From Proteromonas lacertae (taxonomy: Eukaryota): a DNA stretch of 64,000 bases. Positions 14,697 to 33,890 of this stretch are shown in pieces. The stretch covers positions 62,001-126,000 of the forward strand of contig NGBS01001163.1 of assembly GCA_002245135.1 (NCBI GenBank), given 5' to 3'. The position numbers were made by a program, and so were the translations under genes. Below the pieces are notes generated by a model. The model searched no databases. It saw only the letters and a program-made list of their open reading frames with translations, and was not told the DNA's origin. Each line of letters begins with the position of its first letter. Position 1 is the stretch's first letter.

Positions 14697-15653
14697 ATGG
14701 AAGATTATGATGATAATATAAATAGTACTCCCAGTTTTCTTCCAAATGCACAACCACCTTATACAATATTTTTAGATGGATGTATGAAGGGTAAAGAATT
14801 AAGGTGTGACTGTGGTAAAATAATGACCTGGCTAGATTCAAATAATACATTACTTAGTGATATAAAGAATGATCCTGTTCTTAGTGAATTTTTAATGAGA
14901 AGATATAATTACGATACAACGAAAGATAACACTGATCCTATAAGATCATATGAAATTAATGATAATAATTATAGAAGAAGATCTCCTTCCTATCACTCTC
15001 CTCCTCGTCATAGAGAATATTACTATTCTCCAAGGCATAGCAGGAGTAGATATGATAATAGCCATTCACCATCTCCATATTATGAACATAGTTATTCACA
15101 TCGTCATAGATATAGAAGATATTCAAGATCAAGATCAAGATCAACTTCTTCTCATTCAAGAAGATCCTATTATGAATCTCAACCAATGCAAATTCCACCA
15201 TTACAGCCAGCACCACCTTCTCTACAAGCAATAGTAATACCCCAGCAATTACAACAACATCCACAAAAGCCATTACTATTATTAGAATTAGAGAGTAAAT
15301 ATCCAGACAAAACGATGGAAGAAGTTGGTGAAGAAGTATTAGTAAATGAAGTATTAAAATATAATAAAAGGAATGGTTTAAATACAGATATAAACACTAT
15401 AAGAAAACAAGTTCAAAATGAAATAATAAAGAATCAAGTGTTATTAAGAATCGAGAAGATATTGGAACATTGGAAACAATGTTCATTATCTAAAATTCAA
15501 TCATTTTATGAAGAGATGTATGGTGAAAAAATAGATTCAACTCGATACCTTGGATATAAGAAATTGGGAAAGTGTTTACAGAATAATGGATTTACATTAA
15601 AGATAATTCTTGATGATACAATAGTATATCCAACATATAGAAAATGGTTTTAA
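14697..15653 (+). CDS. RS/SP-rich protein with C-terminal LOTUS (OST-HTH)-like domain
   Basis: Intronless 318-aa ORF; SRSRSRS tract; LSKIQSFYEEMYGEKIDSTRYLGYKKLGKCL fits the LOTUS pattern. Confidence 0.7.
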   Translation: MEDYDDNINSTPSFLPNAQPPYTIFLDGCMKGKELRCDCGKIMTWLDSNNTLLSDIKNDPVLSEFLMRRYNYDTTKDNTDPIRSYEINDNNYRRRSPSYHSPPRHREYYYSPRHSRSRYDNSHSPSPYYEHSYSHRHRYRRYSRSRSRSTSSHSRRSYYESQPMQIPPLQPAPPSLQAIVIPQQLQQHPQKPLLLLELESKYPDKTMEEVGEEVLVNEVLKYNKRNGLNTDINTIRKQVQNEIIKNQVLLRIEKILEHWKQCSLSKIQSFYEEMYGEKIDSTRYLGYKKLGKCLQNNGFTLKIILDDTIVYPTYRKWF

Positions 15654-15853
15654 ATTTTTAATAACATTTGTATTTATATATTATTGAATATTATCAAATT
15701 CCTAATTAAATTTGTTCTTATCTTCTGATATTTCCTCTAAATTCATTATTTATGAAATCGAATTATCTAATTCAAAATCATCATATATGGAATGGATGAT
15801 ATTATGTTAATTAAAAATAAAACAAAATAATAAATAAATTACAATTCAAATTA

Positions 15854-17761
15854 CTATAATTTAATAAATACTTCCCTTCCATCAGCATACATTATTTTCT
15901 TTATTCCATGAAGCGTTGCTTCTACTGTTCCATCTGGATATTTTTTATCAATTTGGCCATTAGGAAATCTATTAATAACAACACCATCAGGATATGATTC
16001 TGTTGTAGTCTTTTCTTTCTGATGAGTATAAATGATAACTCCACTCTCTTTTATCTCTTCTTTTGTATCTCCACATGGAAATGTTGTTAATTTATTACCA
16101 TTTGGATAAATCTTTGTAGATGTTCCATTTGAATATCTAATAATTTGAATTCCACCTTCACTTGATATTTTCTTACCACTACTTAAGTTACTTTGATGTT
16201 GTTGTTCAGGTAAATCTGAGTGATTTTTAAATGATGGAGAAGGAGATGAAAATGAAGAATTTACACTGGAATTATTATCACTTCTATTTACCATATTTCT
16301 TGACTTTACTGATGTACTAGAAGATCTTTTGGATGAAGAAATTGATTTTCTTGTTTTAGGAGTATTTATATAATTTGCTATTTTTCTATTATTACTATTT
16401 TCATTTTCTTCTTTTTCTAATAACATTAATTCATCTCTTTTTACTTTCAACTGTTGTAAATTCTCATTCACTCTTTCAATTTTTAAATTCAATTGACTTT
16501 CTAACTTTTTAATATTCTTTCTATCACTTTCATATTTCCTTAATATATCTTCTTTTTCTTGTTCAATTTGTTTATTCTTTACTTCCATTTCTTTTATTTG
16601 GTTTTTATAATCTTGATTTAAGCGTATTTGTCTATTCTTTTCACTTGTTAATTGCTTAATTTTATCTTCATAAGTGGCTTTTAAAGCTGTTATTTGTGCT
16701 CTTAAACTTTCATTTTCTTTTTGTAGTTTATTATCATTTATATTCTTTTGTGTCATTTGTTTATTGAATTGTTCTTTTAGTTTCTGAAGACTTTTCTTTT
16801 CTTTTTCTATTTTCTTCATTTCATCTTCATTTATTTTGTTTTTATTAAATATTTCTTCTCTGAATGTATCTCTTTCTTTATTCAGTTTTTCATATTCTTT
16901 ATTTATCTTTGCTCTTTCAATACATATATTCTTCATTTCTTCATTCACCATTTCTATATTTTGATTATATTGCTGCTGTTGTTGTGGAGGAGGAGGTAGT
17001 TGTGGTGGATATTGTGTATATTGATGATGTTGTGATTGATTTAATAATGAAATATCAACAGATGAATTGTTATTATCAATCATTGAATCATTTGTAAAAT
17101 CATTTAATCTTGGAATTGAATTCATTGGAATTTGTTGTTGTTGTTGTTGTTGTTGCTGCTGCTGCTGCATATATATAGGAACAGGTATAGGAGCAGATGG
17201 AGGTGGTGAAGGCAATTGTTGTTGTTGTTGTTGTATTGGAATTGGAGGAATAATTTGATATGGTTGTTGTTGTTGCTGATAGTAATAATTTGCGTATGGA
17301 TAAGATATTTGATTCTGTTGTACTTTATATACTGATGGGGTATTGTATGGGTAGTTATATTGATGTGATGATTGTTCTAAGTTCATTAAATGTGATTCAC
17401 CTGAAAGTTCATTCGTATTGTTGATTTCACTAGAAGACTCTGGTATTGATGATATGTCATGAATATCATCTTCATCATCCATTCCTAAATCGTTTAAAAA
17501 ATCACTACTTGGCATTAGATCATCAAAAGTTTTTGATTTTTTGTTTAATTGATCATTATTATTCTGATTTATAACATTCTCAATTATTAAGTTGTTAAAA
17601 TCAACCCACTCTTCAGATTTATCATCATCTTCAGGTGGTGGAGTTGAACATGGAGGAGGCGGTGGAGGTATGGCTCTAGGATCTTTATTCATATTTATAT
17701 CGACTTCTTCTGTGTTAAATACAGAGAGAGAGTCACATTCATTCTCAAACTTGTTTGACAT
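15854..17761 (-). CDS. CENPJ: Centriolar SAS-4/CENPJ-like protein (TCP10 C-terminal G-box)
   Basis: Coiled coil followed by repeated YSNG/YPNG/FPCGD/YPDG/FPNGQ beta-hairpin motifs at the C-terminus. Confidence 0.85.
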   Translation of the reverse strand: MSNKFENECDSLSVFNTEEVDINMNKDPRAIPPPPPPCSTPPPEDDDKSEEWVDFNNLIIENVINQNNNDQLNKKSKTFDDLMPSSDFLNDLGMDDEDDIHDISSIPESSSEINNTNELSGESHLMNLEQSSHQYNYPYNTPSVYKVQQNQISYPYANYYYQQQQQPYQIIPPIPIQQQQQQLPSPPPSAPIPVPIYMQQQQQQQQQQQQIPMNSIPRLNDFTNDSMIDNNNSSVDISLLNQSQHHQYTQYPPQLPPPPQQQQQYNQNIEMVNEEMKNICIERAKINKEYEKLNKERDTFREEIFNKNKINEDEMKKIEKEKKSLQKLKEQFNKQMTQKNINDNKLQKENESLRAQITALKATYEDKIKQLTSEKNRQIRLNQDYKNQIKEMEVKNKQIEQEKEDILRKYESDRKNIKKLESQLNLKIERVNENLQQLKVKRDELMLLEKEENENSNNRKIANYINTPKTRKSISSSKRSSSTSVKSRNMVNRSDNNSSVNSSFSSPSPSFKNHSDLPEQQHQSNLSSGKKISSEGGIQIIRYSNGTSTKIYPNGNKLTTFPCGDTKEEIKESGVIIYTHQKEKTTTESYPDGVVINRFPNGQIDKKYPDGTVEATLHGIKKIMYADGREVFIKL

Positions 17762-17836
17762 TTGAATTTTTGTTTTTATATTTGAAAATTCAAATCATTA
17801 ATACTATATTACATAATTATAATATATGATATAGTA

Positions 17837-20800
17837 ATGGAAGAAAGTAAATTCAACATTGGTAAAAAATCTACACCTCAAAATAAGAAAGTAGCTATTT
17901 TCTTGTAATTATATAGATGTCTTCTCCTGTCTCTGCCAGAAATCAGAATAATTATGAAAATGACCCGTATGAATTCTCAAATCCTAATACCTCTAAAAGC
18001 AGTATTAATTCTAATAGCAGAGGCTCTATATCACCATCTCCTATAAAAGTATTATCAATTAAATACTATAATACATCGAAATAGGTTGAACCCATATTTC
18101 CTCAGAAAGTAGAAAATTTAGAAGGTTTAAGTTTTGATGATCAACATCAATCAGTATTGTTGTAATAATCACTACATAATAAATAGAAATCATTTTCAAT
18201 TGGTAGTAAGCAGAAAAGTCCACTATTTAGAAAAGGAATACTTCATTCAAAGACAGATCAGACAAATGCTAAACAAGAATATGATATAAAGTTCAATATG
18301 GGTAAAATACCCAAGAAAACTGGAATAGGACGACAAGTATATAAATATATTCATGATATTGTAAATTCCTAGACTTCAAATATCAAAGTGGATGTAGGAA
18401 CAAATGTCAATATGAAAAAAACAAAGGAATATGAAGATATGAGAAATAAAAGAAATACTTATAAAAACAATGCTAACATGGAAGATGATGAAGAAGAAGA
18501 AGATGATGATGATGAATATATCAATGAAATAGAAAGAGAACATTATCACCAACAACAACAATACTACGAAGAGCAATATTCTAATGAAAATGAAGAAAAT
18601 AATGAAGATATACGAAGTAACAATAAGAAGAATAGATATAGTAGTAATAATCATTATTCGAATAGTGACTCATCTTCAACTTCTTCTGAATCACCTTCAT
18701 CACCATCATCATCAACATCTTCATCATCATCTTCATCTGGCCATAATCACCACCATCATCATCAACATCACCATAGAAATAATAAAAACAAGAAATATGA
18801 CTATGATGATGATGATGATGATAAAAGAGGAATTAATGAAGAAAAAGAAACATATTTTGATAAAGATGAGATCAATGAAGAAAAAGAATCTTATTATGAT
18901 GAAGAGGATGATTTAAAGAGAAATTTAAATACAAATCGTGAAGAAGACTATGAAGATGAAGAAAAACAATTTGAATCTGGATATATGGTATTTAATTCAT
19001 TATTGTAATATTTATAGACTCCCCCAGAAATGGATAATAATTTAGATGATGATGAAGAAAAAGATGAACCATCTGATGTAGAAGAAGTACAACCTAAAAC
19101 ACCATTAAAACCACGAACATCATTCACCAAACCAAATACATCATCATCATCATCACCTCAACATTTTAAAGAGAATAAATTGCATGAAACAAATACAAGC
19201 ATTCCACCACCATCACCATCATCTACTGCAAATAATATAAATGAACCTGGAATGAAAACTCCTGTGAAACAACAACAACAATCATCTAATAATAATAATC
19301 CATTAAAAACACCACATAGAGATATGAAAACAGATGAAAAAGACAAATATACTCAACCAACTCCTAGAATAAAGTTAAAACCTGTGACAGTATTAAGTAA
19401 TGAATTCAAAGAAAGAGGTAATGCTTTATATTCAACAGGTAATTATAAAGATGCATTAATATGTTATACTAAAGCTATTGATATTGATAAAACTAATAGT
19501 ATTGCATATTGTAATAGAGCTGCTTGTTATTTAATGTTAGGTGAAAATGAAAAAGCATCAAAAGATTGCATTACTGCGATTGGATATGATCCTGAATATA
19601 TACGATCATACTTACGAGCAGGAAGATCATTTTTGAACCAAGGATATGGTAATAAAGCGAAAAATTATTATGAAAAGTGTTTGACTTTATGCGATGAGAA
19701 AGAACCAGAGAATAAGAATATTAAAGAGTGGAAATTAGAATGTACAGAAGGAATAAATGATGTATAATGATTATATATTATTATTATTATTATATATATA
19801 TATAGTGTATAAAGTTACAGAAATATCTAGAACATTCTAGAGAATTCTTAGATAATAATAAACCACAATTAGGTTTAAAACAGATAGAATTAGCATTAGG
19901 AATCTGTCCAAATGCAAGAGATCCAAATATAATGAGATTAGAAGCATTATTAAGTGATGAAAATATAAAATTAGCATTACAATATCTACGAAATTTAGTA
20001 CCAAATGCTTTTAGAAATTATGATGTAAGAAATTTGAATTTAAATGATTTAAAACCTTCACTATGGAGAATGCCAGAAAAGGAACATTGTATTGATGTAA
20101 AGTTATTATTATATTACGCTAAAGCATTGATAATGAACAGTGAATTTGATAAAACTGATTATTTATTGAATAGAATACCAAACGATGTGAAACATTATCC
20201 AGCTGTTAGTAGTTGTTTAGAAAGATGCAGATTGATGAAAGTATATATATATATTTACTGTTTTTTAATGTTATTTATAGAGTTTAAAAGATGAAGCAAA
20301 TTCAGTCTTCAAAAGTGGAAATTACATGCAATCAATCGAATTATATACAAAAGCCATCAAACATGCTGATCCTTCCTGCAGTGAATATATATCCATCATA
20401 TACTGTAACAGAGCAGCTGCTTATATTGCATTATCTCAATTCAGTAAGGCAATTGATGATTGTTTAAATGCAATAAGAAGAAATCCATTATTAGAAAGAG
20501 CTTATACAAGAAAAGCAAAAGCTGAATGTTTAAGTGGTAATTTATATCAAAGTATGAAATCATGGGAGAAAATATGTCAATTATTCCCAGATAATAGTCA
20601 GTATAAAAGTGAATATTTAAATATAAAATTAAAATATGGAGAGTATAAGTATAATTATTATATGAAAATAGAAAAACACAAAAACCACAACCTCATAATT
20701 TCAAAAGTAATAATTTTCATCATTTTTATTTCAAGCAACAAGGTCCACGATTTCCAAATGTGAGATTTTCCAGTGGAAATAATCCCAAATTCAATTATAG

Positions 20801-21094
20801 ACCTACTCCACCCAATCCACCAAAATGTATTTCTCATTATATAATTATTTGAATAGTTGAGAAAGATTTGTGGAGTGTATTAGGCGTTAGTAGGAATGCA
20901 ACTCAAAAAGAGATTAAAAAACAGTACCATAGAGTATGATTTTATGATTTATTATTCTTCTATAGTTGGCATTGAAATATCATCCAGATAAGAATCCTGG
21001 TTGTGAAGAACAGTTTAAGCAGATAGTTGAGGCGTATGACGTATTAAGTGACGATATTAAGAGGAGAAAGTATATTGAGACAGGAAAAGTGTAG
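17837..21094 (+). CDS. TPR-repeat plus J-domain co-chaperone (DNAJC7-like) with long low-complexity N-terminus
   Basis: KERGNALY...YTKAI...YCNRAACY TPRs; terminal J-domain [11 protein letters not shown]...[13 protein letters not shown]; start codon uncertain. Confidence 0.85.
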
Positions 21095-21208
21095 TTTAAT
21101 AATATTAAAAATTCTATTTTTTTATTGAAAATACAATATTCTCAATTGGGAAAAACAAATATATGTAAATCGATGTATAAATACTCATATACATATTATT
21201 ATCATCAT

Positions 21209-22215
21209 TTATTCAGGTTTAATATCATGATCACCACGAGTGAACTTATTACCATAATCTAATTCAGATCCACCACTAATTACAAAATCATTACCTGTGT
21301 TATAAGTCGCATCAACAGCTAAAAATAATACAAATTTTCCTATTTCTTCTGCAGTTCCTAATCTTCTTAAAACTTGCATATCTTTCATTACTTTCATACT
21401 TTCATCAGGATTAATTTCACCACTTATCCAATCTTTATATAATGGCGTCCATACATTGCCTGGTGATATTGAATTACATCTTACTTCATAAGGAGCTTCA
21501 TCAATGGCTATAGCTCTGGTCATTGCATGAATTGCACCTTTTGTAGCACAATAAGCAACTGCATTGGATTGACCAATATGTCCAACTAAGGAAGAGACAT
21601 TGACGATTGATCCTTTCACTTTTCTAAGATATGGAATTGCGATTCTATTAAAAATTAGAATAAAAATAGAATAAATACTTTGACAAATAGAAATATGATA
21701 CTAAATTGGTATTTATTAAAGATATAAAATCTTCATATTTTGTATCAGTAAATGAAGTAGCTGGTGGATGCCAACCTGCATTGTTAACTACACAATCTAT
21801 TCTTCCTGTCTTTTCTATTGCGACTCTAACTAATTCATCTAAATCAGAGGAGTTTGTTACATCACATTTCACAAAGATAGCTTTACCTGGTCCTAATTGA
21901 TTCATTTGTTCTTCCTAATTAATATATTTCCTGATATATATACAACAGTTTTTCCGTCTTCTTCTACTCTACAGCAAAATACAACAGTACAACCTTCTTT
22001 AATAAACTCTTTTACTAAATAATTATAGAAAGAATGATACAAACACCAGCTCCAATTCCTTTTGAACCACCTGTTATAATAGCACATAAACCTGCCATTC
22101 TAAGCGGCTTTAATGCAGTAGGTGTTTCTAAATCACCCCCTTCTGGTTTTGAGACAGCAGGAGCGTCTGGTATTTTTTCTGTGTTTGAAGTTTCTTCCTG
22201 TGGTGTTTTTTGCAT
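21209..22215 (-). CDS. Classical short-chain dehydrogenase/reductase (HSD17B14 / L-fucose dehydrogenase-like)
   Basis: TGGSKGIG, VNNAGWHPP, YCATK, ISPGNVWTP; several short introns. Confidence 0.88.
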
Positions 22216-22382
22216 GATAACCAATTGATTTCAAAAAAATAAAATGAAAAGATACAAGCTTAGAATCAAGCCTACATTATTATTGAAATCAATTATTCTT
22301 TATGAAAATATCATTACAGATGTATATTATTTCGATAAACAGTGTGATATTTAATATAATAATATTAACTCAATAAATTTCT

Positions 22383-27771
<5,389 letters not shown>

Positions 27772-27859
27772 GATATTATAAAATTGTAACTCTTTTCCAA
27801 TAAGTGAAAATCAAAGAAATTTAAAAATTAAAATCTATCCGTTTTTAAGATTTTTTATA

Positions 27860-29069
27860 ATGAATAACAATAACAATGGAGTATGTTGTGTGTGTAAGTT
27901 AGATCCAGATAAAAAAGGTTCAAAGTTTTCATCATATATATGTTGTGCTTGTGAGAGTGTATTTATATATTCTATAATTTCACTTTAGAAAATTATTAAC
28001 GAGAATTGTGCTGGTTGTGGTAATAAATTGGAAGAAAATAAGTGAGATTGTAAAGACAAATCACAGGAATTGGCATAAGAAGTGTTATATTACTTTTCAT
28101 GATAACAGTATACGGCTAAGACTTATTTGAAATATAATAGTTCAAGAAACTATAGCATCTACAACATCTACAAATACAAGCAAACATGTAAGTGTACAAA
28201 TCACAGATTCTCGTTCAAAATCATCAGACAATTCAACTTTTTACTTTTACCCAGCTTCCAAAGAACGTACAGATTCAAATTATGGTCCTCAGTTAAAGCA
28301 GACCTTACCAGCAGATTTCCGACCAGAAGAAATTCAAGCAGATGAAATTTCTTTATATCCAGAAAGACAACTATCAGAAGATGATGATAATTTAGTGACA
28401 AACTCTAATTCAAATTTCCCAGCTTCTAATAATAATATAATGAGTAAACATGATGATGTAAAAGCACCATGGGCTTTATTCTTTTCAACCACTTGCAATG
28501 ATTTAGTTGTAAGATTCAAAGTAATGGGATTAGTCCAAAATGATTTAATTCGTGGAAGTGATATAATTGAATTTTTAATATCTAGTGGACAATGTTATAA
28601 TAAAAGACAAGCTTATAAAATAGGAAATCGACTGGTAAGTATGGAATTTCTCACTTCACAATCTGATTCTAATAAGAAAGTGTTTGAAAGTGATGATATA
28701 TATCAAATTAATGAAAATCCAACTGTTATAGGTAATGAAAAAACTCAAAATGGTGAGATTATTAGCGGTCCTATACATATGGAAGGTTGGTTAATTAAAC
28801 AAGGACATATAGTAAAATCGTGGAAGAAAAGATGGTTTGTATTGGATAATGAAGTTTTAAGATATTATAAAAAAGAAGATGATATAAAGTGTTTAGGAGA
28901 ATTGAAAATGAGTCAATATTCTGTTGGTCCTGCTGAAATGGAAGGTGAAGGTGCGTTTTTGTTTAAAGTTTATCAACCTGGACATACACTATACTTACAA
29001 GCTAGTAATTTAGATGAATATAATACTTGGATTCAATATTTAATACGTGCAAAAACTCCTAATATGTGA
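27860..29069 (+). CDS. DEP plus PH domain protein with Cys-rich (LIM-like) N-terminus
   Basis: IRGSDIIEFL...AYKIGNRLVSMEFL...VFESDDIY (DEP); EGWLIKQGHIVKSWKKRWFVL...EYNTWI (PH); 5' exon structure uncertain. Confidence 0.8.
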
Positions 29070-29155
29070 TTTTATGTATTTAACTGTTTTATTTTATCGA
29101 AATATCTATACAACACAAATTTATATAAATGAATCTATTATAAACATTAATATTA

Positions 29156-29765
29156 TTATGCAATATAAAAATTCTCATCTCCATTCGTTCTAACTATCTC
29201 CCTTATCCCTAAACTTTCAGCCATAGTTTCTCCTTCATCAAACTCCAATTTATCTAAATTTACAGTAGGAGGTGGTGGAGGAAAACCATGGTTAGTTGCA
29301 GAGTTGGTAATTGCTCTAAAAGTCAACGATTTGTTGATTAAATTACTAGCTGAATCATTTCTACTAACCCTATGCACATACATTTTTTGTTTATATTCAT
29401 CAGGGTTTATTAATATTTCCTCTGTAGATGATACATTGGACATACCAGCGTGACGAGGATTTAAAGGACTAGGGACACTAACCTTTGATCTACGGTTAGG
29501 AGGAGTAAAAGATTGTGGCTCAGGTGTTGTATCAGATATAATATTACATTGGTTAGTAGTAGCTGAGATTTTTGAAGTTCTCTCAGAAGGAAAAGCTTGA
29601 GATTTATCATCTGTAATACTTTGCTTAACTGATTGTTTTGATGTATAATTATTTTGATAATGATATGAAGTATTGGGATAAATACTCAATTCAGGTTCAA
29701 CTTGTATAGAATCTATATGTAATGAATGTAAAAATACTCTTAGAACGACAACAACTCCAAAACAT
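29156..29765 (-). CDS. Hypothetical Ser/Pro-rich protein
   Basis: MFWSCCRSK start, one short intron, then an open exon to the stop at 29156. Confidence 0.55.
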
Positions 29766-30018
29766 TTATATTAGTTGAATGAGTAGCATAAAAAAAGAAA
29801 ATATAAAAAAATAAACTGTTTGAAATTAATCCGTTTCAAATATTCTATTTTTGTCAAATTTGAATTACTGAATATTACGATGGAAAAATAAATATGAAAA
29901 ATAGGATGCTATTTTGTATAATTAATAAATATAGAAGATTAAAGAAGAGAATACTATTGAATTAGAAAAATCACTCCAATAAAGACGAATAAATAATATT
30001 AAAAATAAAATATCATAA

Positions 30019-30789
30019 TCAATTAGCATCAGCATCTAAACTCTTTAAATATTGTTCAAAATGTCCTATTTGATGCTTAATAAAATCAGTTTGTTCCTTG
30101 ATAATTCTTCTGTTCAACAGCTTGTTCTTCAGCAATTCTTTTCTGTAAAATATCAACTTTGTTTCTCAATTCCAATACTTCAAGATTCAATCTTGCTTTT
30201 TTCTCTTCTAAATCCCTAATATTCTGTCTCATTTCTTCCATTCCATCTTCACTTTGCTTTTGTTTTCTTATTCCGAATATTACACTACTATCATATAATG
30301 TTTTATAAGCATCAATTGTCATTCTTATTTCATCTCTTACTCTCAATAACAATAAACCTCTTTCTGGTCCAAATATTGTTACTTGTCGAATAATTTCATC
30401 AAAACATTGATGGTATAAATCTTCTCGTACTGGACATATACCACTATCTCTGGCTTGACGTTTTGCTAGATTTCGATCTAAAGTTTCTTGTCAATTGTAT
30501 TATCTCCATTCTTCCTGATTTTGCTTTTGATACTTGTTGCTCATATGTAAAACCATCCTTTGTGAAACGGCTATAAAATAACACTAATTATGATACTGAG
30601 GTGGTAATATTGAATTTAAAATCTCATCTAGTTGTGTACTTTCAACTTTATTCATAGCTATTTGTTTACTTGGCTAGTGAAACAAAATATAAACTAATGA
30701 GGTTATACTTTACTATCTAATGTTGTATTAGATACACACACGGGTGGTTCGAGTTTTAAAAGTGATTCTAGATACTGTTCTTGTGACAT
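30019..30789 (-). CDS. DNALI1: Axonemal inner-arm dynein light intermediate chain p28
   Basis: EILNSILPP, RQARDSGICPVREDLYHQCFDEIIRQVTI...ERGLLLLRVRDEIRMTIDAYKTLYDSS.IFGIRK; two +1 frameshifts (~30491, ~30100) need correcting. Confidence 0.93.
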
Positions 30790-30899
30790 TATTGATTTAA
30801 AAACAAGAAACGGCAATTCAAATTATTTCTGAAAATATATTCGTTACAAAACAAAGACAAAAAGAAAGAAATGTATGTAAGTAAAAACAACAACTATCA

Positions 30900-33073
30900 T
30901 TACAGATAGGAAAAGATGCGGTATCCACCAAAACCATAAATAATTCCTGAAGATAGGTAATAAACCATATAAATTGAATTACTATTATAAAATATTATAT
31001 ATATAAGTATACTCTAATACTATTTTTCTGAAGTGGTATAAAAACACCCAATGCACTGATAAACTTACACTCAAAGCACCTAAAACAATACATAATCTGT
31101 ATTTATCAACAAAAATAAAACATAAAAATAGTCCAACAATTGAACCAACAATAATATAAATCATTCCTATAAAAAAATAACAACATTTAAAAATGCAATA
31201 ATACCTGGAGACACTAAACAGAATAATATAGATAAAATAGCAACAGAATAAAAACCATATCTTTTTATTTCACAATTACTATAATATATATAGAAGTTAT
31301 GAATGAATAAAATTATATTATATATACTATTTTGATATTTTTATTTCTTTTGAAGTTATTCCACTCCATTTAATTAACGTCGGTACTTTTAGTATATAAT
31401 AATCATCAATGCATCTGTCAAAAGAATCTTTCCATGACAAATAATAACGATAAAACAAAGCTGATACAAATGAACAAAGACATATTAATCTATTGAAAAA
31501 AATCATAATGCAAATAATTAATATATATAATACAACACTGTTTTTATTTTTTTTATTAACTTTTCATCTTTTTCTATTCTCATCTTCTCTTCTTCTCTCA
31601 TATTATTCTGCCTTATTTCATTTGTTAATTCTCTTGTATTCTCTTCCATTTTTTGCATAATATTTCTGTTTTTTTCATTATCTTCACGTTTCTGAATTAA
31701 TTTTGCTTCTAATTCTTCTTTTCTTTCTCTTTTTTTCCTTAATTCCATTTGATAATCGAATAACATTCTTTCATGATTAACATTGGTCAGTGTATCATTC
31801 AAATCCCTTCTATTTGACTTGTGTCTATTAATAATACTGTTACTACTTCTACTAAAAGACATAACTAATGGAGATGAGGGAGGACTACTATATTAAATGT
31901 AAATTGTTTGAAAATATACTCAACAACATCACTATTATAGTTAAGATCATCAACAGAATCTGAAACAGTTCCATTTTCAATTGGTAATGGAAGATTATCA
32001 TAAGGTGAATCTTCACTATAAATAAATTATCATATAATAATGGACTACAATACATTTGTCTAAGATTTTCATTGTTCTTTATCTATTATAAGTATGAAAA
32101 TTATATATATATATATATATATACTGATTGAATATCTTGTATTATTCTATTTATCCTTTCTTCATCATTCCTTATATCATTATTTAGGTGAGTATATTCT
32201 CTAATCTTTTCGAAAGTATCAGGTAAATCAGAATCATCAATAAAATCAACTATCAACAATAAATGTAATAAATACTATTTCCACCATTAATATTCTCAAT
32301 AATTGTCACATATTCATCTACTTTCTAAATGCAAATAAATAAAAACTAATACTTTTATATCTACTGATAATTTAACATTATTCTCTTCATAAAATAGCTT
32401 TCCTTTGCTTATACATTCAACATCTGATAAAAACTTTTTTCTATCAATTTCATGTTGTAGTTCATTTAATAATATCGATGCTCTCCTTTGAAATATATTC
32501 TTATGTTTTATTAAGATACTTATCCATCTTTCATTTTCTTTTATTGCATAATTCGGATATTTTACTTTTATATCTTGTAAAACCATATACGATAGAAAGT
32601 CCTCTTCAACCATATATATTCTATAATAGAATGACATTCTTGATTCAATTGATTTGATAACTTGTATTGTTGTTTTGGATATTGATAGTAATGGTATAGA
32701 AAATGTTAATATTATCAGTGCATATATCACCATAATTGTATAATCAGTATTATCAGTATTATCAGTCTTTTGATTAGTTTTAGACTTTGATTTACTTTTA
32801 GACAATTTGCTATGTTTTGAAGGTGATGCTGTTTTTTCATTTGCTTTGTTTGTAAAATCATCATTCTTCTTTATATTACCAAACTTCTCATGTTGATTTA
32901 CATTCATCTGGTTTACATCAATCTCTTCATCTATAGGATTATACAACAAGAATACCTTCAAAATCTTCTGGCAATGGTCTATATCTGCCTATAATATAAA
33001 ACAATATATAGAGTTCAATACAATTTACAATAGCAAAACAAAAAAACAACACAACAATAACAGAAAACTTCAT
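30900..33073 (-). CDS. Hypothetical multi-pass membrane protein with signal peptide (many exons; could be two genes)
   Basis: MKFSVIVVLFFCFAIVN start, TM segment near 32700, coiled coil, several hydrophobic exons ending GGYRIFSYL*. Confidence 0.55.
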
Positions 33074-33409
33074 TACAAATAATCAAACTATGTAAAAGCT
33101 TGAATTAATTACACATTACATACATAAAGAATTAAACTTAGAATTTCTGTGTATATTGTATGTCTTAAAGAAGATCATTATGTTTCAAATAATATTAAAT
33201 GTACAAAATCCTCTTTTAACCTCTTTATAAAACAATGACTAATAGAAAATTATTAACCCTTAATATATTATGTTTTTTATCTGACCAACATCTCAGGCGG
33301 GAGATTAGACTATAGTATAGACTAGAATAGACTAATAAGAAAGAGAATGTTATAGAAGAGGATTTGAAGTGATATATAACACTATAGTTATGTATTTTAA
33401 TAGAAAAGA

Positions 33410-33890
33410 GGAAAAATTAACACTATTGTATATTTTTAAAATATTCTAATATAATTTTCTTAGAATTATCTTTTTTCTTTACTTTAATAGAATTAACAGG
33501 TCTATCTAAAGCTTTAAATTTATTTAATGGAGTAGAATCAAAAGTTCTAATTGTGTATTAGAAGAATCAGCTAAATCTTTATCTACATTGGCTGTAGGAT
33601 TAGCTAACTTTATTTTTTTATTACTAGATAATTTTTTGTCTATTAGAGATTTCAATTTTTGTCTTAGATTAGATTAGATTGGATTTCCAATTTAATACTA
33701 TGTCCATAAGTAGAATTTAATGGATATACCAAGTACCTGTCATATAATATTGAATTTTCTAATTTGATCCAATTTAATATTCATATTCCGAATGATTTTA
33801 TAAATTTCTCTTTTTGATAATTTACTTTATTAAATGATTTGATAATCTTATTACTATAATCTATAATATCCAGTGGCTGGATATTAGTTT
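33410..33890 (-). mobile_element. Possible decayed transposable-element or foreign coding remnant
   Basis: Lies in a ~1-kb intergenic gap; broken intronless reading frames ending ...KKKDNSKKIILEYFKNIQ*; perfect 10-bp hairpin 33864-33886. Confidence 0.25.

Noticed and set aside
17067..17258. Poly-Cys ORF on the plus strand
   Set aside because: Antisense reading of the polyQ tract in the SAS-4-like gene
18380..19010. Trinucleotide (GAT/TCA/CAT) repeats
   Set aside because: Ordinary low-complexity coding sequence in the DnaJ-TPR gene
33864..33886. Helitron 3' terminus suggested by the hairpin
   Set aside because: No CTRR end at the expected distance on either strand and no Rep/helicase remnant
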